In this document: piece after piece, positions 36,633-49,630 of the stretch
Position numbering within the stretch: position 1 is the stretch's first letter
How the letters are laid out: the number at the start of each line of letters is the position of its first letter
Assembly: GCF_001194135.2 (NCBI RefSeq)
Contig: NC_068981.1
Coordinates: forward strand, 18,270,767 to 18,334,766
DNA length: 64,000 nucleotides
Source of the DNA: Octopus bimaculoides
Lineage: Eukaryota
Reading direction: 5' to 3'
Translations under genes and position numbers: made by a program
The notes under the pieces: model-generated
What the model was told of the DNA's origin: nothing
The model's database searches: none
The model's input: only the letters and a program-made list of their open reading frames with translations

Positions 36633-39600
36633 GGTATGACAGATATGGTGTTGCCATCCGGTTTCACCAGTCGTCAGTCAAGTCGTCCAACCCATGCTAG
36701 CATGGAAAGCGGACGTTAAACGATGATGATGATGATGATGATAATATATATAGCGGTCGAAAAAGCTAGCTTCTATATATGACTGAAGCAAGAAGACCAA
36801 AAATGGCTTGAAAGTCATAACATTCCAGCAGGAAAATAACATGAGACAGGCTGTCGCTGAAGTAGCTTCGCTGATTGACAGGTGACAGTCTCCGTTAGAG
36901 AATGTGTGGGCTAAGATTACACACCCTCCATTGTCAGTTAAAGTTTAGGCAGTGTCACGTGACAACTTGCTGGGGCTGTCTGCTGGAGCTGTCTGCTGGA
37001 GCCTAGCAGCGGGTATTTAAAGGGAAATTTGACAAGTCAGTCAGTCGGCCGCTGACACTCGTTGACGCTGCATCGAAGAGGCCAGGGAACAGAAGAAAGA
37101 AAGAGAAAGAAGACATGCACTCAATGGCAGAGCTGAAGATACCTCCAAAAGGTGGGTGGGGCCTGCTACATCAAAATGGTAGAGGAGTAGGAGCCGAAAC
37201 CAGACGTGGTTCCTCCTGATGATGTCTTGAGCTAACTGAATCTTATAAAGGAGCTGTTGTGGTAGCAGACCACGAAACATGGTTGAAATTCCCTNNNNNN
37301 NNNNNNNNNNNNNNNNNNNNNNNNNNNNNNNNNNNNNNNNNNNNNNNNNNNNNNNNNNNNNNNNNNNNNNNNNNNNNNNNNNNNNNNNNNNNNNNNNNNN
37401 NNNNNNNNNNGTCCAAAAAATAGGATGAATGCTGCCTCTTGGAGCTAATCAACAGCAGCATTCGTCCTATTTTTTGGACTGCCATGTTGGCTTGGCGATA
37501 ACTATTAATATATATATATATATAATGGTTTCAACTTTTGGTACAAGGCCAACAATTTCGAGGGAGGGGTCAAGTCGCATTCAACTGGTACTTATTTTAT
37601 TGACCCTGAAAGGATGAAAAGCATTGATGTTGGTGACATTTGTACTCAGAACATAAAATCGGACAAAATGCCACTAAGCATTTTGCCCAGAGTGCTGACG
37701 ATTGTACCAGCTTGCCACCCTACTTTAGTGCATATATTACAACAAATATATCTGCACATTTCAATCTTTTCCTTGTTATCTTTTAGTTGAGAGGGAAGAT
37801 AGTGCTTATGGCCATTCACAAGGCCTCTGAGACTGAACGATGTAGAAGGAGGAGAGAAGCGGATATCATCAAGTATGAGATCTGATCTGAATGTTTCTTA
37901 TAGAGTGAACTCTGCTAAGGGCACCGAAAGTGCCACAGAGAGGTGTTAAATGAGAATTAGCTGACTGAAAGTTATAAAATTGTGATTAAAAGTTAAAAAA
38001 GAAATAGACCCCAAAATACTAAAATAAAAACTTCCAAGACAGTTGCGCTGTAAGTATATTTCAAATAAATTGGTTGAATGGGAATAAGTTTTATGAAAAT
38101 GCATTAAAGAATATTAGAAGTGAATGGTAAATGGTTGGGGTAATTATAGCACTGACACATGCATACATACATACAGACATGCACACATACACACATAGAC
38201 ATACATACATACATACTTACATACTTACATACATACATACATATATATATATATGCACACATACATATATATATATATGCACACATACATATATATATAT
38301 ATGCACACATACATGCATGTAAGATCTTAAGATTTAAAGGATGATGAATAAAACAAGAGGTTTTTCTTGAAAAAATTGCTATCAAGAAGGTGGCTGGTTA
38401 GAATTAACTCTAAATTAAAAAGAGAAACAGAACCTACGTACATACATACATACATACACATACATCCATATACACATACATACATACATACATACATACA
38501 TACATACATACACATGTACACACAGTTACATACACACATGGCTAAATGCACATATATGTACCTACACATATATAAATACATTCACATATACATATATGAA
38601 TATACAAACACAGACATACATGTATACACACACACACACACACACATGAACACTGATAGATACATGAATACATGAATACATGTACACATCTATGAGTACA
38701 CATTTCTACATAGATACACGCATACATGTTGATATGCATATATGTGCACACACATNNNNNNNNNNNNNNNNNNNNNNNNNNNNNNNNNNNNNNNNNNNNN
38801 NNNNNNNNNNNNNNNNNNNNNNNNNNNNNNNNNNNNNNNNNNNNNNNNNNNNNNNNNNNNNNNNNNNNNNNNNNNNNNNNNNNNNNNNNNNNNNNNNNNN
38901 NNNNNNNNNNNNNNNNNNNNNNNNNNNNNNNNNNNNNNNNNNNNNNNNNNNNNNNNNNNNNNNNNNNNNNNNNNNNNNNNNNNNNNNNNNNNNNNNNNNN
39001 NNNNNNNNNNNNNNNNNNNNNNNNNNNNNNNNNNNNNNNNNNNNNNNNNNNNNNNNNNNNNNNNNNNNNNNNNNNNNNNNNNNNNNNNNNNNNNNNNNNN
39101 NNNNTACATGCATGGATACATACATATATATGTATGTACATGCATACACATGTGCATACATACATATGTACTGACATACATTCATACATACGTACATATA
39201 TGCATACAAACATACTTACATGCATACATACATGCGTACGTACATGAATACATTTAGTGAAATACAATTAATCATGCATACAAACATATACAAACACACA
39301 TATGCACACACTTGCAAATTCACTCACACACATACATAACATTCACACACCTACGCATCCGCCCACCCACACACACCCACACCCACACACACTCATACCC
39401 ACACACAAACATCCACACAACCAAACACATGCTCACATACACATTCATATACACAAACACACACACTCTTTCACTCTCTCTCTCATTCTCACTCTCTCTC
39501 TCTCTCTCTCTCTCACATACACACACATTGCACACAAGCATATACTTACGCACACACAGTACTTCACAAATCCACAACATTATCACATCCAATATTTCAT

Positions 39601-39989
39601 TTCATAACTTTCTTTATAATTTCCTGTTTAAATTTCCTTCTTTTAAAATTTTATAAATTTTAAATCATATAATTTTATGAAAGTTAAATTAAAATAGTGA
39701 TAAAAATGATAAAACTAAAATAATTAAGTAACTTAATATTTATTGTAACATAGTTTAATAACTTTGCTAAATGTTATTAAACTATGGAAACACTTCATAA
39801 AGTTTAATAGCATTATTATAGTTTAGTATTATTATTAGTTTAGAACATTATATATTTTGATAGCATATTTGCATTATTTATATATCTGAACGGAATGGTG
39901 ATTGGTTTGGTTTCTGATTGTTAGCGGCATTTCTTGTTATTATATAGCCCTTGGTCAACCTTGATTGAGAGGTCCTGTGATCAAAGATA

Positions 39990-40372
39990 TTCTAATTGTG
40001 AAACAAAGACGTTCTAATTCACAACATGTCATAATCACCACTCCCGCAAATTCCTCCCCCCACCATCACCACCACCGTCACCATTACCATATTGCTGCCG
40101 CCATCATTACCTCTGCTTCTGTTGCTGCCACTGCCACCAGTGGTACCATCGACACCACCGTTACTGCCTCCATCACCATGACCACGACCATGACGACCAT
40201 GACCATGATGACCATGACCATGATGACCATGACCATGATGACCATGACCATGATGACCACGACCTCCACAACCACCACGACGACCACCACCACCACCACC
40301 ATCACCGCTTCACGTCCACCCATGACCATGACCACGACTATGACCGCAACTACCACGACCACCACAGTGTCT
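39990..40372. repeat. Compound (CAC/CAT/GAC) trinucleotide array with (ACCATGATG)-type higher-order units
   Basis: Direct reading. Confidence 0.9.
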
Positions 40373-40530
40373 AAGTAAAAAGTTTCTTATTCTTTACTTT
40401 ACTAGAAGTAATAGCTTGTCCTATACTTTTACAGGTGTAATAACTTGTCCTGTACTTTTCCAGGTTTATAATCTTAAGAATATTACTTTTCAAGCTCACA
40501 TTTTTCCATGTAATATATATATATATACAT

Positions 40531-40717
40531 AAGGTGAAGTATATTTGCCACTTAAATGCGGCAGACTCCTAAGGGTGGATGTTACTGTTGCAAATACAAC
40601 AGGACACAGATGTGTGTCAATAGCCAGCTGGAGGAGATGTTCTCCTGGGGCTAAAAGCAACAGTAACATCCACCCTTAGGGGTCAGCCACATTTAAGTGG
40701 CAAATATACTTTACCTT
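40531..40717. mobile_element. MITE-like foldback with ~61-bp terminal inverted repeats
   Basis: aaggtgaagtatatttgccacttaaatg...gttactgttgc versus its reverse complement at 40657-40717, about 5 mismatches. Confidence 0.65.
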
Positions 40718-40761
40718 GTCGTGCAGTGACTGTTAATACCTCGTTCAGAGATTTAACATTG

Positions 40762-40794
<33 letters not shown>

Positions 40795-41044
40795 ATTGAA
40801 CTCCCTCCACCTACAAAAAAACAGAATAAAGAAAAAATATGTATAGAAAGAAATAATGTAATATCTTATCTCAACAGCTGTTTCTGGAAGCCAAGCATTG
40901 TGTAATAATCATAATTTTGAGGTTATATATTCAAAAGGTCACAATATGCAGCCAATGACATATTTGATGAAGTTATTACAGTAAGTCCAAATGCCAATCT
41001 TCTCTTACTGGACTTACTGTGATAACTTCACTGGAGCATCGCCT

Positions 41045-41215
41045 TGAATTGAGCAAATCAACCCCAGGACTTATTCTTTGTAAGCCTAGTACTTATTCTA
41101 TTGGTCTCTCTTGCTGAACCACTAAGTGATGGGGACGTAAATACACCAGCATCAGTTGTCAAGCGATGTTGGAGGGGACAAACACAGATGCACAAACATA
41201 TACATACATACATAT

Positions 41216-41252
<37 letters not shown>

Positions 41253-41415
41253 CGACGGGCCTCCTTCAGCCTCCGTCCACCAAATCCACTCACAAGGCTT
41301 TGGTCGGCCCGAGGCTATAGTAGAAGACACTTGCCCAAGGTGCCACACGGTGGGACTGAACCCGGAGCCATGTGGTTGGTAAGCAAGCTACTTACCACAC
41401 AGCCACTCCTGTGCC
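41045..41415 (-). mobile_element. SINE family B
   Basis: Full reverse body with internal (TA)n. Confidence 0.8.
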
Positions 41416-41519
41416 TATAGAAAAAACACAAAGACAGATAAAATACCAATAAGCATTTTGTCTGGTGCGCTAACGTTTCTGCCAGCTCGCCTCTGTGAAG
41501 AATGTTTTTTATTATTGTA

Positions 41520-41880
41520 CAGAATCCACTTTTCCTCACATGTTACAAAACAGTTGAGAATTGGATCAGTCTGGTTACAGAAAGAAGCGACGAGCAAATT
41601 TCATACCTGCACATTTTCTGATTTTCATTCAAATTGTTTGGTATTCATTTGTCGAGCTGTCTTGATTTTCCAATCAATCGCATGCAAATGGTTGCAGGCA
41701 GTTTTCTGGCTAATTTGAAGTTCTTTTGACAGTTCTTTTGTCTCAATGACAGTTTTTAATTGACTGTCATCGATGACGGCCTGTGTTTCGCCTATTTTTT
41801 TATGTGTTTTTTCCTTCACTTTTAGCTCATTTCCATTTATTTCCATCCCTCCCTTTTCCAGCAATGGATAATAACTATCT
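41520..41880 (-). pseudogene. Highly decayed mariner transposase fragment
   Basis: IDDSQLKTVIE...ELSKEL and DPILNCFVTCEEKWILYNN (TxDEKW..YNN motif). Confidence 0.6.
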
Positions 41881-42069
41881 TTATATCTTTATATATTTTT
41901 ATCCTTTTATCTACTGACAAATCTTTTGATGATAGTTTAATACATGATGTTCGCCAACTGCCTACCCTGAGTAATTACTGACTGTATGTGCCTGATACTG
42001 AGATATATATATATATATTATATACATACATACGGCATGCATCTACCATACATACATACATATGACACA

Positions 42070-42420
42070 CATCTACTAAAGATGATCTTCTTCTCTGAGC
42101 TGGCGTCTGGAGCAAGAAACCTTGGAGAGCCACTGAGGTGATACAGGGACAGCCTGAAAACTTCCCTTGAGGTCTGTGGCATTTCAACCCGTGGCTGGGA
42201 ATCACTTGCCTCTGACCGCAGTACCTGGTGTCCAGCTGTTCAAAAGGGTGTTAGGCTGTTCGAGGAAAAGCGCCTCAAGAGTCTGGACCAGAAACGACAA
42301 GCCCGAAAAGGGAGGATCCCCAACCCTACTTCTGCTGTTATGTGCCCAACATGGTTGCATCTGCATGTCTGCCTTTGGGCTCCGCTCTCACCTCTGGTGT
42401 CACTGACGTTATTGTCGAAC
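42070..42420 (+). pseudogene. RTE-BovB-type LINE 3' end
   Basis: FSELASG.R..G.P..YRDSLKTSL..CGI...WESLASDRSTW...FEEKR...KRQARK followed by a degenerate CxxC...H. Confidence 0.7.
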
Positions 42421-44762
42421 CCCGGCAGGCTTCCATTATTATTATATATATACATACACAAAATCACAATCCATATGGTTTTCATCAACCAAATTCCCCG
42501 ACAAGGCATTTGGTCAGCCTGGGGCTTTAGTAAAAGCTGAAAGTGCCATGCCGTGGGACTGAACCTGAATCCATGTGAATTTCTCAACCACACAACCATG
42601 CCTGTGCTTGTTTAGGAACTTTATTTCAAAAGCAAGAACATTATTGCCTACAATTTCATAAAATAAAGTTTCATGGATATAACCCAGTCTGAGACTATGT
42701 ATACATCCAGCAGTATGATTGCTGATAATGGTTAGAGAGAATGTAGGGGACATGGGCATAGAACTGTACCAACCAACCCCCACGCACACATGTATATACA
42801 CACATATAGAGGGCATAAGTGGTGAAGTGGCGAACTCATCAGATCACTGGATAAAATGTCTTTTGGTAGTTGTTCTGGCTCTCTGCATTCTGAGATCAAA
42901 TTCCACTGAGGTCCCCTTTGCCTTTCATCATCTTAGAGTCAGTAAAAATGTCTTAATCCATGGGTGTGAATTGGTAGGACTGTCAGAAAGAAAACTTTTC
43001 TAATCCATGGAGCCAGCTGTGTTTATACCATGTCCACTCAGGCATTTCCGACCCACTCTCCTCTCCTCTTACTGTTCTTGTGTTCAACCCCTCAAGCCCT
43101 GTATAATTCTTACACCCAGTCCCTTATTCCCAGAATACTGGCCCTCTTAAATCCTTTCTCTATGCATATAGTTTGTACAGGCTCAAGAGCAATATAAAAA
43201 ACATTAGTTTTGTTATTCTAGAAAGGCTTGCAAAGGCCATGTCCCTTTCTCTGAATTTAGCAAGTTAAAAAAAAGTGTTGAAGTCTGTGCTTTGCTGATG
43301 AGATCAGAATAAAACCAAAGCATGTCCAGAGTCATTATCTTCTGAATTAATTCAAATAATTAAAACCTCCACCAAGGCAACAGCAGTGTCCTCTCAACGA
43401 TTAGCAGGAGATAATTTTTTAAATGAGACTATCTGAAATAAACTTGACTGCTCTCACAAACGAGAATACTAAAAATGACCTCAATTGTTCTCAAAGACTA
43501 AGTAAAAGAACTGGAAAAATACTTCAGAATCCTTGTCCGGTACCAGATCGATCCCCAAATCTAATCAGTTCATGTCGGTCATGAAGCCAAACATCCCTGA
43601 AAGTTTCATCTGTATCCATCCAGTGATTCTTGAGATATCTTGTCCATGGACAAACAAACAAACAAACAAACAAGCATGACTGAAAACAATGTGTGTGAGT
43701 GTGTGTGAGTGTGCATGTGTGTGAGTGTGTGTGAGTGTGTGTGAGTGCGTGTGAGTGTGGTTGAGTGTGTGAGTGTGTGTGTGTGTGTAGTGAATTTAAA
43801 AAGAGCTTTGTCCCAGGTCGAGAGAGTTAATAACTGGATGATGTCAAAAGATGGCAGCTGAGGTCAGTTTAAAATTGAAGAGAGAATTTTAGTTTAATTA
43901 TTGAAGACATTTTTCTTCAGTGGTCGTCATCATTATCATTACTGTCATCATTTCACTGTTGCTATTGTCATTGTTGTCAGTGAAGTCATTGTTATTGTCA
44001 TCAGTGTCATCATCAACATCATTATCACCATTATCAACATCATTATCATTGTCGTCGTCATCATCATCATTACCATCGTCTTATGTTTGTTCTCCATGCT
44101 GATACATGTTGGGCAGGTCGTTACAGTCTGAGTCAGGTTCTTTCCAAAATTACTGACCACCTCGTTGAGTCAGAAGACTATGTCTCACTTAAACTTTCTG
44201 TTTAGCATGGCTTCAATGACTGAACACCAAACGTTTTACAGAGTGTACTGGGTACATTTTATCCTGTTATCAGTACTAAAGAGATCGTCTGGCATGTCTT
44301 TGATAAAACTGGTCTCAAATTTTGGCACAAGGCCAGCAACTTTCGGCAGGAGGGTGTAAATCAATTACATCAACCCAAGTATTTGACTGGTACTTATTTT
44401 ATCAATGTTAAAAGGACAAAAGGCAAAGTCAATCTCAGTTGCATTTGAACCCAGAATATAAAGACAGATGTAATACCACCAAACATTTTGCCCAGCATGC
44501 TAATGGTTCTGCCAGCTTACCACTTTTGTCTTTGACAAAATTAAAATGTCTTCTCTATCATGCATCTTCTCTGTCTGTGTTCCTACCACTTTATAAAGTG
44601 TACTGAATGCATTTTATTATGGTACCAACACCAGGGAGGTTACTTTGTCTCCTACAAGACCAGGAAGTCCTTGACATAGCTAGGACCGTATCAAAAAAGA
44701 CTGATGCTTCTCTTCGGTTCAGGAAAATCCTTTAGACCTCAACAATTATTAACACTCGATGA

Positions 44763-47342
44763 CAGTAGTGGGAAAACTTTTCAGAGTGAGGGCCACATCA
44801 GTGGGCCACGAAAGTCAAAGGGCCACACCTTTTAAAATCGGGCGTGAGCTTTAAAATAATGCAACATATAGACAACATGGTTAATAAAAGCAAATTCATA
44901 ATCTAGCACAAGTAATTTAATGAGGAAAATGGTTCTGGTCACAATTCTGCTTTACAATTCTTTTAAAGTCTGGCAGAAGGACTTTAAGTTTGTGTCTGAT
45001 ACCATGGACCTGTTCTTGGACTTATTTATCTTCATGCAGGAAAAACTCCATTCACAGATGTAAGTGGAACCAAAGATAGAGAATGATCTGGCAGCGAAAT
45101 TTCTTAAACATAGAAAGCATTGAACAGAGAGTGATTTGTAAAACTCTACAAACGGTAGTGGAGGCACAATAACCCAGTGGTTAGGGCAGCGGACTCACGG
45201 TCATAGGATCGCGGTTTCGATTCCCAGACCGGGCATTGTGAGTGTTTATTGAGCGAAAACATCTAAAAGCTCCACGAGGCTCCACCAGGGGATGGTGGCG
45301 AACCCTGCTGTACTCTTTCACCACAACTTTCTCTCACTCTTACTTCCTGTTTCTGTTGTGCCTGTAATTCAAAGGGTCAGCCTTGTCACACTGTGTCATG
45401 CTGAATATCCTCGAGAACTACGTTAAGGGTACACGTGTCTGTGGAGTGCTCAGCCACTTGCACGTTAATTTCAAGAGCAGGCTGTTCTGTTGATCGGATC
45501 AACTGGAACCCTCGACGTTGTAAGCGACAGAGTGCCAACAACAACAAACGGTAGGGAGTGAAATATTTCCTTCAATGAATGATCAGATTGAATGTCTATC
45601 AATTCCAGCTGTAATTCATCAGATGCTGCATCATCATCAGCAGAGAAAGAAGAAGTTAATAATTTGAATTTAAACTCTGTCTGTCTGAAATCATCCAACC
45701 TTCTTTCAAGCTCTTCAGTCAAACTTCTCAACTGATCTTTAATTTTTGAACACACATTTGCAGGCACTTTCTCCTTTCCCAACAATGAAAATTGGTTGAA
45801 CTTATCTTCACTTGCTTGCCTTGAAAACAAGGATAATTTTGCTTGGAAAGATTTGACATGCTTTTTCTCTGCAATTTCACATTTAGCTCATTCAACTTTT
45901 CAAAAACATCAGCTGCAAACATAAGTTTATATTTCCACTCATCACAATCCATTTTTTTGTAACAAATTCACAAGTAATCCTTTCATATCGAGAAAGAGAA
46001 GAATTTCTTTTTGTAAGTCCCACACCTGCTTGAGCACTTTACCAAGACTGAGCCATCATGCATTGTTGTGGTAGAGAACATCTCCATGCTCAGCCTCCAT
46101 ATCCTCCAGTAGAGATTTGAATTGTCTGTAATTGAGTGCTCTTGCCCTGATGGTGTTTACTACACCCACTACTGAATCCACCAAATGCTTCAGGTTAAAT
46201 GCAGATTTACAGATTTCCTTAGTGCAACATGCAGTGAAAAGACAAGAAGGCTTGGTTAGGTTTGTCTCTTCTAATCTTGTCTTCCAAGAGTTTAACCAGG
46301 CCCACATTTTACCCATGTAATGCCCAGGCACCATTTGTTGTTATGCTTGTCAATCTATCCCATGATAATGCACTTTTTTCAATTGCATTGACCACACATT
46401 CATACAAATCCTGACTGGTTGTGGTATTTTTCATTGATTCTAGTGACAGTAGTTCTTTGGTGATATGGAAATTCTCATCCACTCCACGTACGAAAATTTG
46501 TAACTGTGCAGTATCTTGGATGTTGGTACTCTCATCTACTGCTAATGAATAACATGCAAAATCTTTACTTGCATCCCTCAGCTGTTGAGTCATCTCCTCA
46601 CTGATTATTTCTATGCGTTGCATGACAGTCCTCCTCAATAATGAAATGTTTTTGAATTTACCCTTCATTTCCAGGCATACAACACTTGCACAATCCATCA
46701 TGCATTGTTTTATTAACTCGCCATCTGAGAATGGTTTGTTACATCTTGAAATTCAGTATGCCGCCATAAAACTTGCCTCCAACGCAGTATCGTGAATTGA
46801 TGATTGTTTCTTAAATAGAGTTTGTTGCTCATTCAATTTTGCAACATATTCCACAGCCTTTTTCTTCTGTTCTTCATCGGTCATGTTGCATCAAAAATTT
46901 CCGTGTTTCGTTTGGTAGTTTCATTTCAAATTGCATTACTTTAACATGACAGTCCTCTCCTGGCACAGTAGACACATCAGTTTATTCTTAGAACTGTTGA
47001 AGAAATACTTGTGTATCCATTCTTCATTAAATGCACGGCACTCATCCTCAATTTTATATTTTTTAGGAGGCATTGTTTGTAGGGTTGGCGAGATTTTGTT
47101 GTTGTGCAGGTGACTATCAACAATAACTGTACATGCCCAATATATATGCATTCGCAGAAAGTATGTAATCATCGGAAAAAGGGGCATAGATCTGTATGAC
47201 ACTGAAAAAGTTAGCCTCGGTTCAAGCACAGACATATTGACTTTCACAAAAATTTATTGATTTTTTTTCCCCTAATTTGCTGCAGGCTTCTGCAGGCTAC
47301 ACAGAACCCTATAAAGGGCCGCATGCAGTTTGCCCACCCCTG
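44763..47342 (-). mobile_element. Full-length decayed Buster/SPIN-type hAT transposon (GTF2IRD2-like transposase pseudogene, about 47073-44952)
   Basis: TIRs cagtagtgggaaaact / agtttgcccacccctg (13/16). 8-bp flanks ctcgatga / cactatga (6/8). Motifs: BED-like MCLLC, SLAVDEST..DTAQL, HCXXH region, RWLSLGK, SIFGSTYICEWSFS. Confidence 0.88.
45159..45543 (+). mobile_element. Complete family-D tRNA SINE inserted in the hAT transposase
   Basis: A box (acccagtggttagg), B box (gtttcgattccc), (CAA)n tail, 11-bp TSD acaaacggtag at 45148-45158 and 45544-45554. Confidence 0.88.
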
Positions 47343-48051
47343 CACTATGAAGTGTAAGTGAGGACCCATTATTCGTTTTGTTTGTATAAAGTCATTTACT
47401 GGCATGCTTCACCCTCTGGCTAACATACATGCTGCTTCCTCTCTCTGCTTTTTCTTCTATGGTTGGTCAGAGGATATAGAAGAGGCCAGTTGCCCAAGGT
47501 GCCATAGAGTAGAGGTCAGCAAATCATGACAGGGGAATGGTAATGAGAAAAAAAAAGGGAGAATGAAGGGTTGAAGATTAACAATAATTGGGTGATGGTT
47601 GAGAGAAGGAGTGATTGATGATGGTAGGAGAGAAAGTGGTGAGTCTGATGATGGATGGCATAATAGGGGTGGGGAGAGAGAGAGAGAGAGACAGACAGAG
47701 GGATGAAGAGAGAGTGTGCAGTGACTCGTCAACTTCGATATATTAAAATAACCTGGGATATATTTTAAGTTAAGCCTGCACTTGGAATGGAAGTAAAATG
47801 GTTCAATATAAATGGACTGACTTGTATTGGTTCTGAACTGAAATGACAACAACTCCTCTCAGACATTTATAGATATTTACGATAGAATTATTTTGATAAA
47901 ATAATTATGATATTTTTATCTAAATTAAGAAAAAAGATTGAAGACATTCAGACTTTGACTCACTTCCATAGAATGGTATCTGTTCTATCATGCAAATAGA
48001 CAACTATTCTATTATTAATGAGATCTGCAGACATGAAGTTTTTTTTTTTAC

Positions 48052-48082
<31 letters not shown>

Positions 48083-48967
48083 TGAAAAAATCACAACAAC
48101 AACCACAAAAATTTCCAAGACATTGTCTACACAATGTCAATTCCTTCACTGATTGGTTCAATAGTTATTGTTAACTTATTAATAAGTAATATATCTGAAC
48201 AAAACAATATCAGAGACATCAACGTCTTGCTGGTTTTCATTGAGATTATTCAATTTCTTTGTATTGATTTACCAGAAGATCTGAGCATTAGTCATCAGTG
48301 TTGTATGAGGAGTTAATACTGTTAACATGAATGAATGCTACCCCCGTTTTTTTGTTAATATTTACATACTGCTGTGTCTATATTATTATTATATATTGTT
48401 TTTAAAGTGCTGTGGTGGGCAGAATTAGTGAGACAATGAATGGAACGCTATCTGGTAATTAGTTATGGTCGTTTATGTTCTGAGTTCAAATTGTGCCTTG
48501 GTCAACCATACCTTTAGTCTGCCGGTGTGGTTGGATATTTATTCAAGACCAGCATAACTAAGAGGGTAAATAGAATATGGGTGTGAATGTGATGGAGGAG
48601 AACTATTGAATGAATAGTTGGAGGGGAAGAAGTAATGGAGGAGAGATGATGATTGGCAGTAACATGTTGCGGGGGGAGGGTACAGAGGGAGAGATTAAGA
48701 GAGAAGTAAAGGAAGTGGGGGAAGTGAATGATATAAGTCAGTAACGAGTAGTCTATGTCATTACAGTCTAGGGCTGAGAGTGAATTCAATAGATACCAAT
48801 AGAATTAACTTCTTCTTCTTGTCCTCTTGCCTGTCTTGGAAACTCTTCAAAAAAAGTGTTGCAGACAAAGCTGCAGTCCTTCTTTTTTTGTGATGAATTC
48901 ATATGAAAACAAAAGTTTTAATCATCTGTACTTCACTACTCAAACTTCTCACCCCATAAGTGCAGGC

Positions 48968-49630
48968 AAGGCGGTGTGGTAAGAAGCTTGCTTCCTAACC
49001 ACATGATTTCAGGTTCATCCCACTGGAGTTCATCCCTCTGGAGTTCATCCCACTGGAGTTCATCCCACTGGAGTTCATCTCACTGGAGTTCATCCTACTG
49101 GAGTTCATCCCACTGGAGTTCATCCTACTGGAGTTCATCCCACTGGAGTTCATCCCACTGGAGTTCATCCTACTGGAGTTCATCCCACTGGAGTTCAACC
49201 CACTGGAGTTCATTCCACTGNNNNNNNNNNNNNNNNNNNNNNNNNNNNNNNNNNNNNNNNNNNNNNNNTGGAGTTCATCCCACTGGAGTTCATCTCACTG
49301 GAGTTCATCCTACTGGAGTTCATCCCACTGGAGTTCATCCTACTGGAGTTCATCCCACTGGAGTTCATCCCACTGGAGTTCATCCTACTGGAGTTCATCC
49401 CACTGGAGTTCAACCCACTGGAGTTCATTCCACTGGAGTTCATCCTACTGGAGTTCATCCTACTGGAGTTCATCCCACTGGAGTTCATCCTACTGGAGTT
49501 CATCCTACTGGAGTTCATCTCACTGGAGTTCATCCCACTGGAGTTCATCCCACTGGAGGGCAAGTGTCTTCTACTATGTCCCCAAACAGACCAAAGCCTT
49601 GGATTTGGAAAATAGAAACTGAAAGAAGCC
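48968..49630 (+). mobile_element. Family-B SINE carrying an expanded 15-bp array
   Basis: SINE head precedes 49013 and the body resumes at 49558 (gggcaagtgtcttctactat). Confidence 0.75.
49013..49557. repeat. 15-bp minisatellite (GTTCATCCCACTGGA), about 36 unit lengths including a 48-N gap
   Basis: Direct reading; variant units carry tcct, tctc or aacc. Confidence 0.95.

Noticed and set aside
37130-37290. CUGAAGA/CUGAUGA and GAAAC boxes suggesting further hammerheads
   Set aside because: Stems I and II cannot be closed in any topology I tried.
37799-37884. Candidate exon LRGKIVLMAIHKASETERC...
   Set aside because: Splice sites are plausible but it does not match the expected next MHD1 segment.
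40878-40980. Candidate exon ending in a strong gtaagt donor
   Set aside because: The only open frame (VSGSQALCNNHNF...) has the wrong phase to follow exon 27914 and no convincing MUN similarity.
45159-45235. tRNA gene
   Set aside because: A and B boxes are present, but it continues into a SINE body with a tail and TSD, and there is no proper cloverleaf.
48134-48316. Hydrophobic 60-aa ORF
   Set aside because: AT-rich noise with no splice support or motif.
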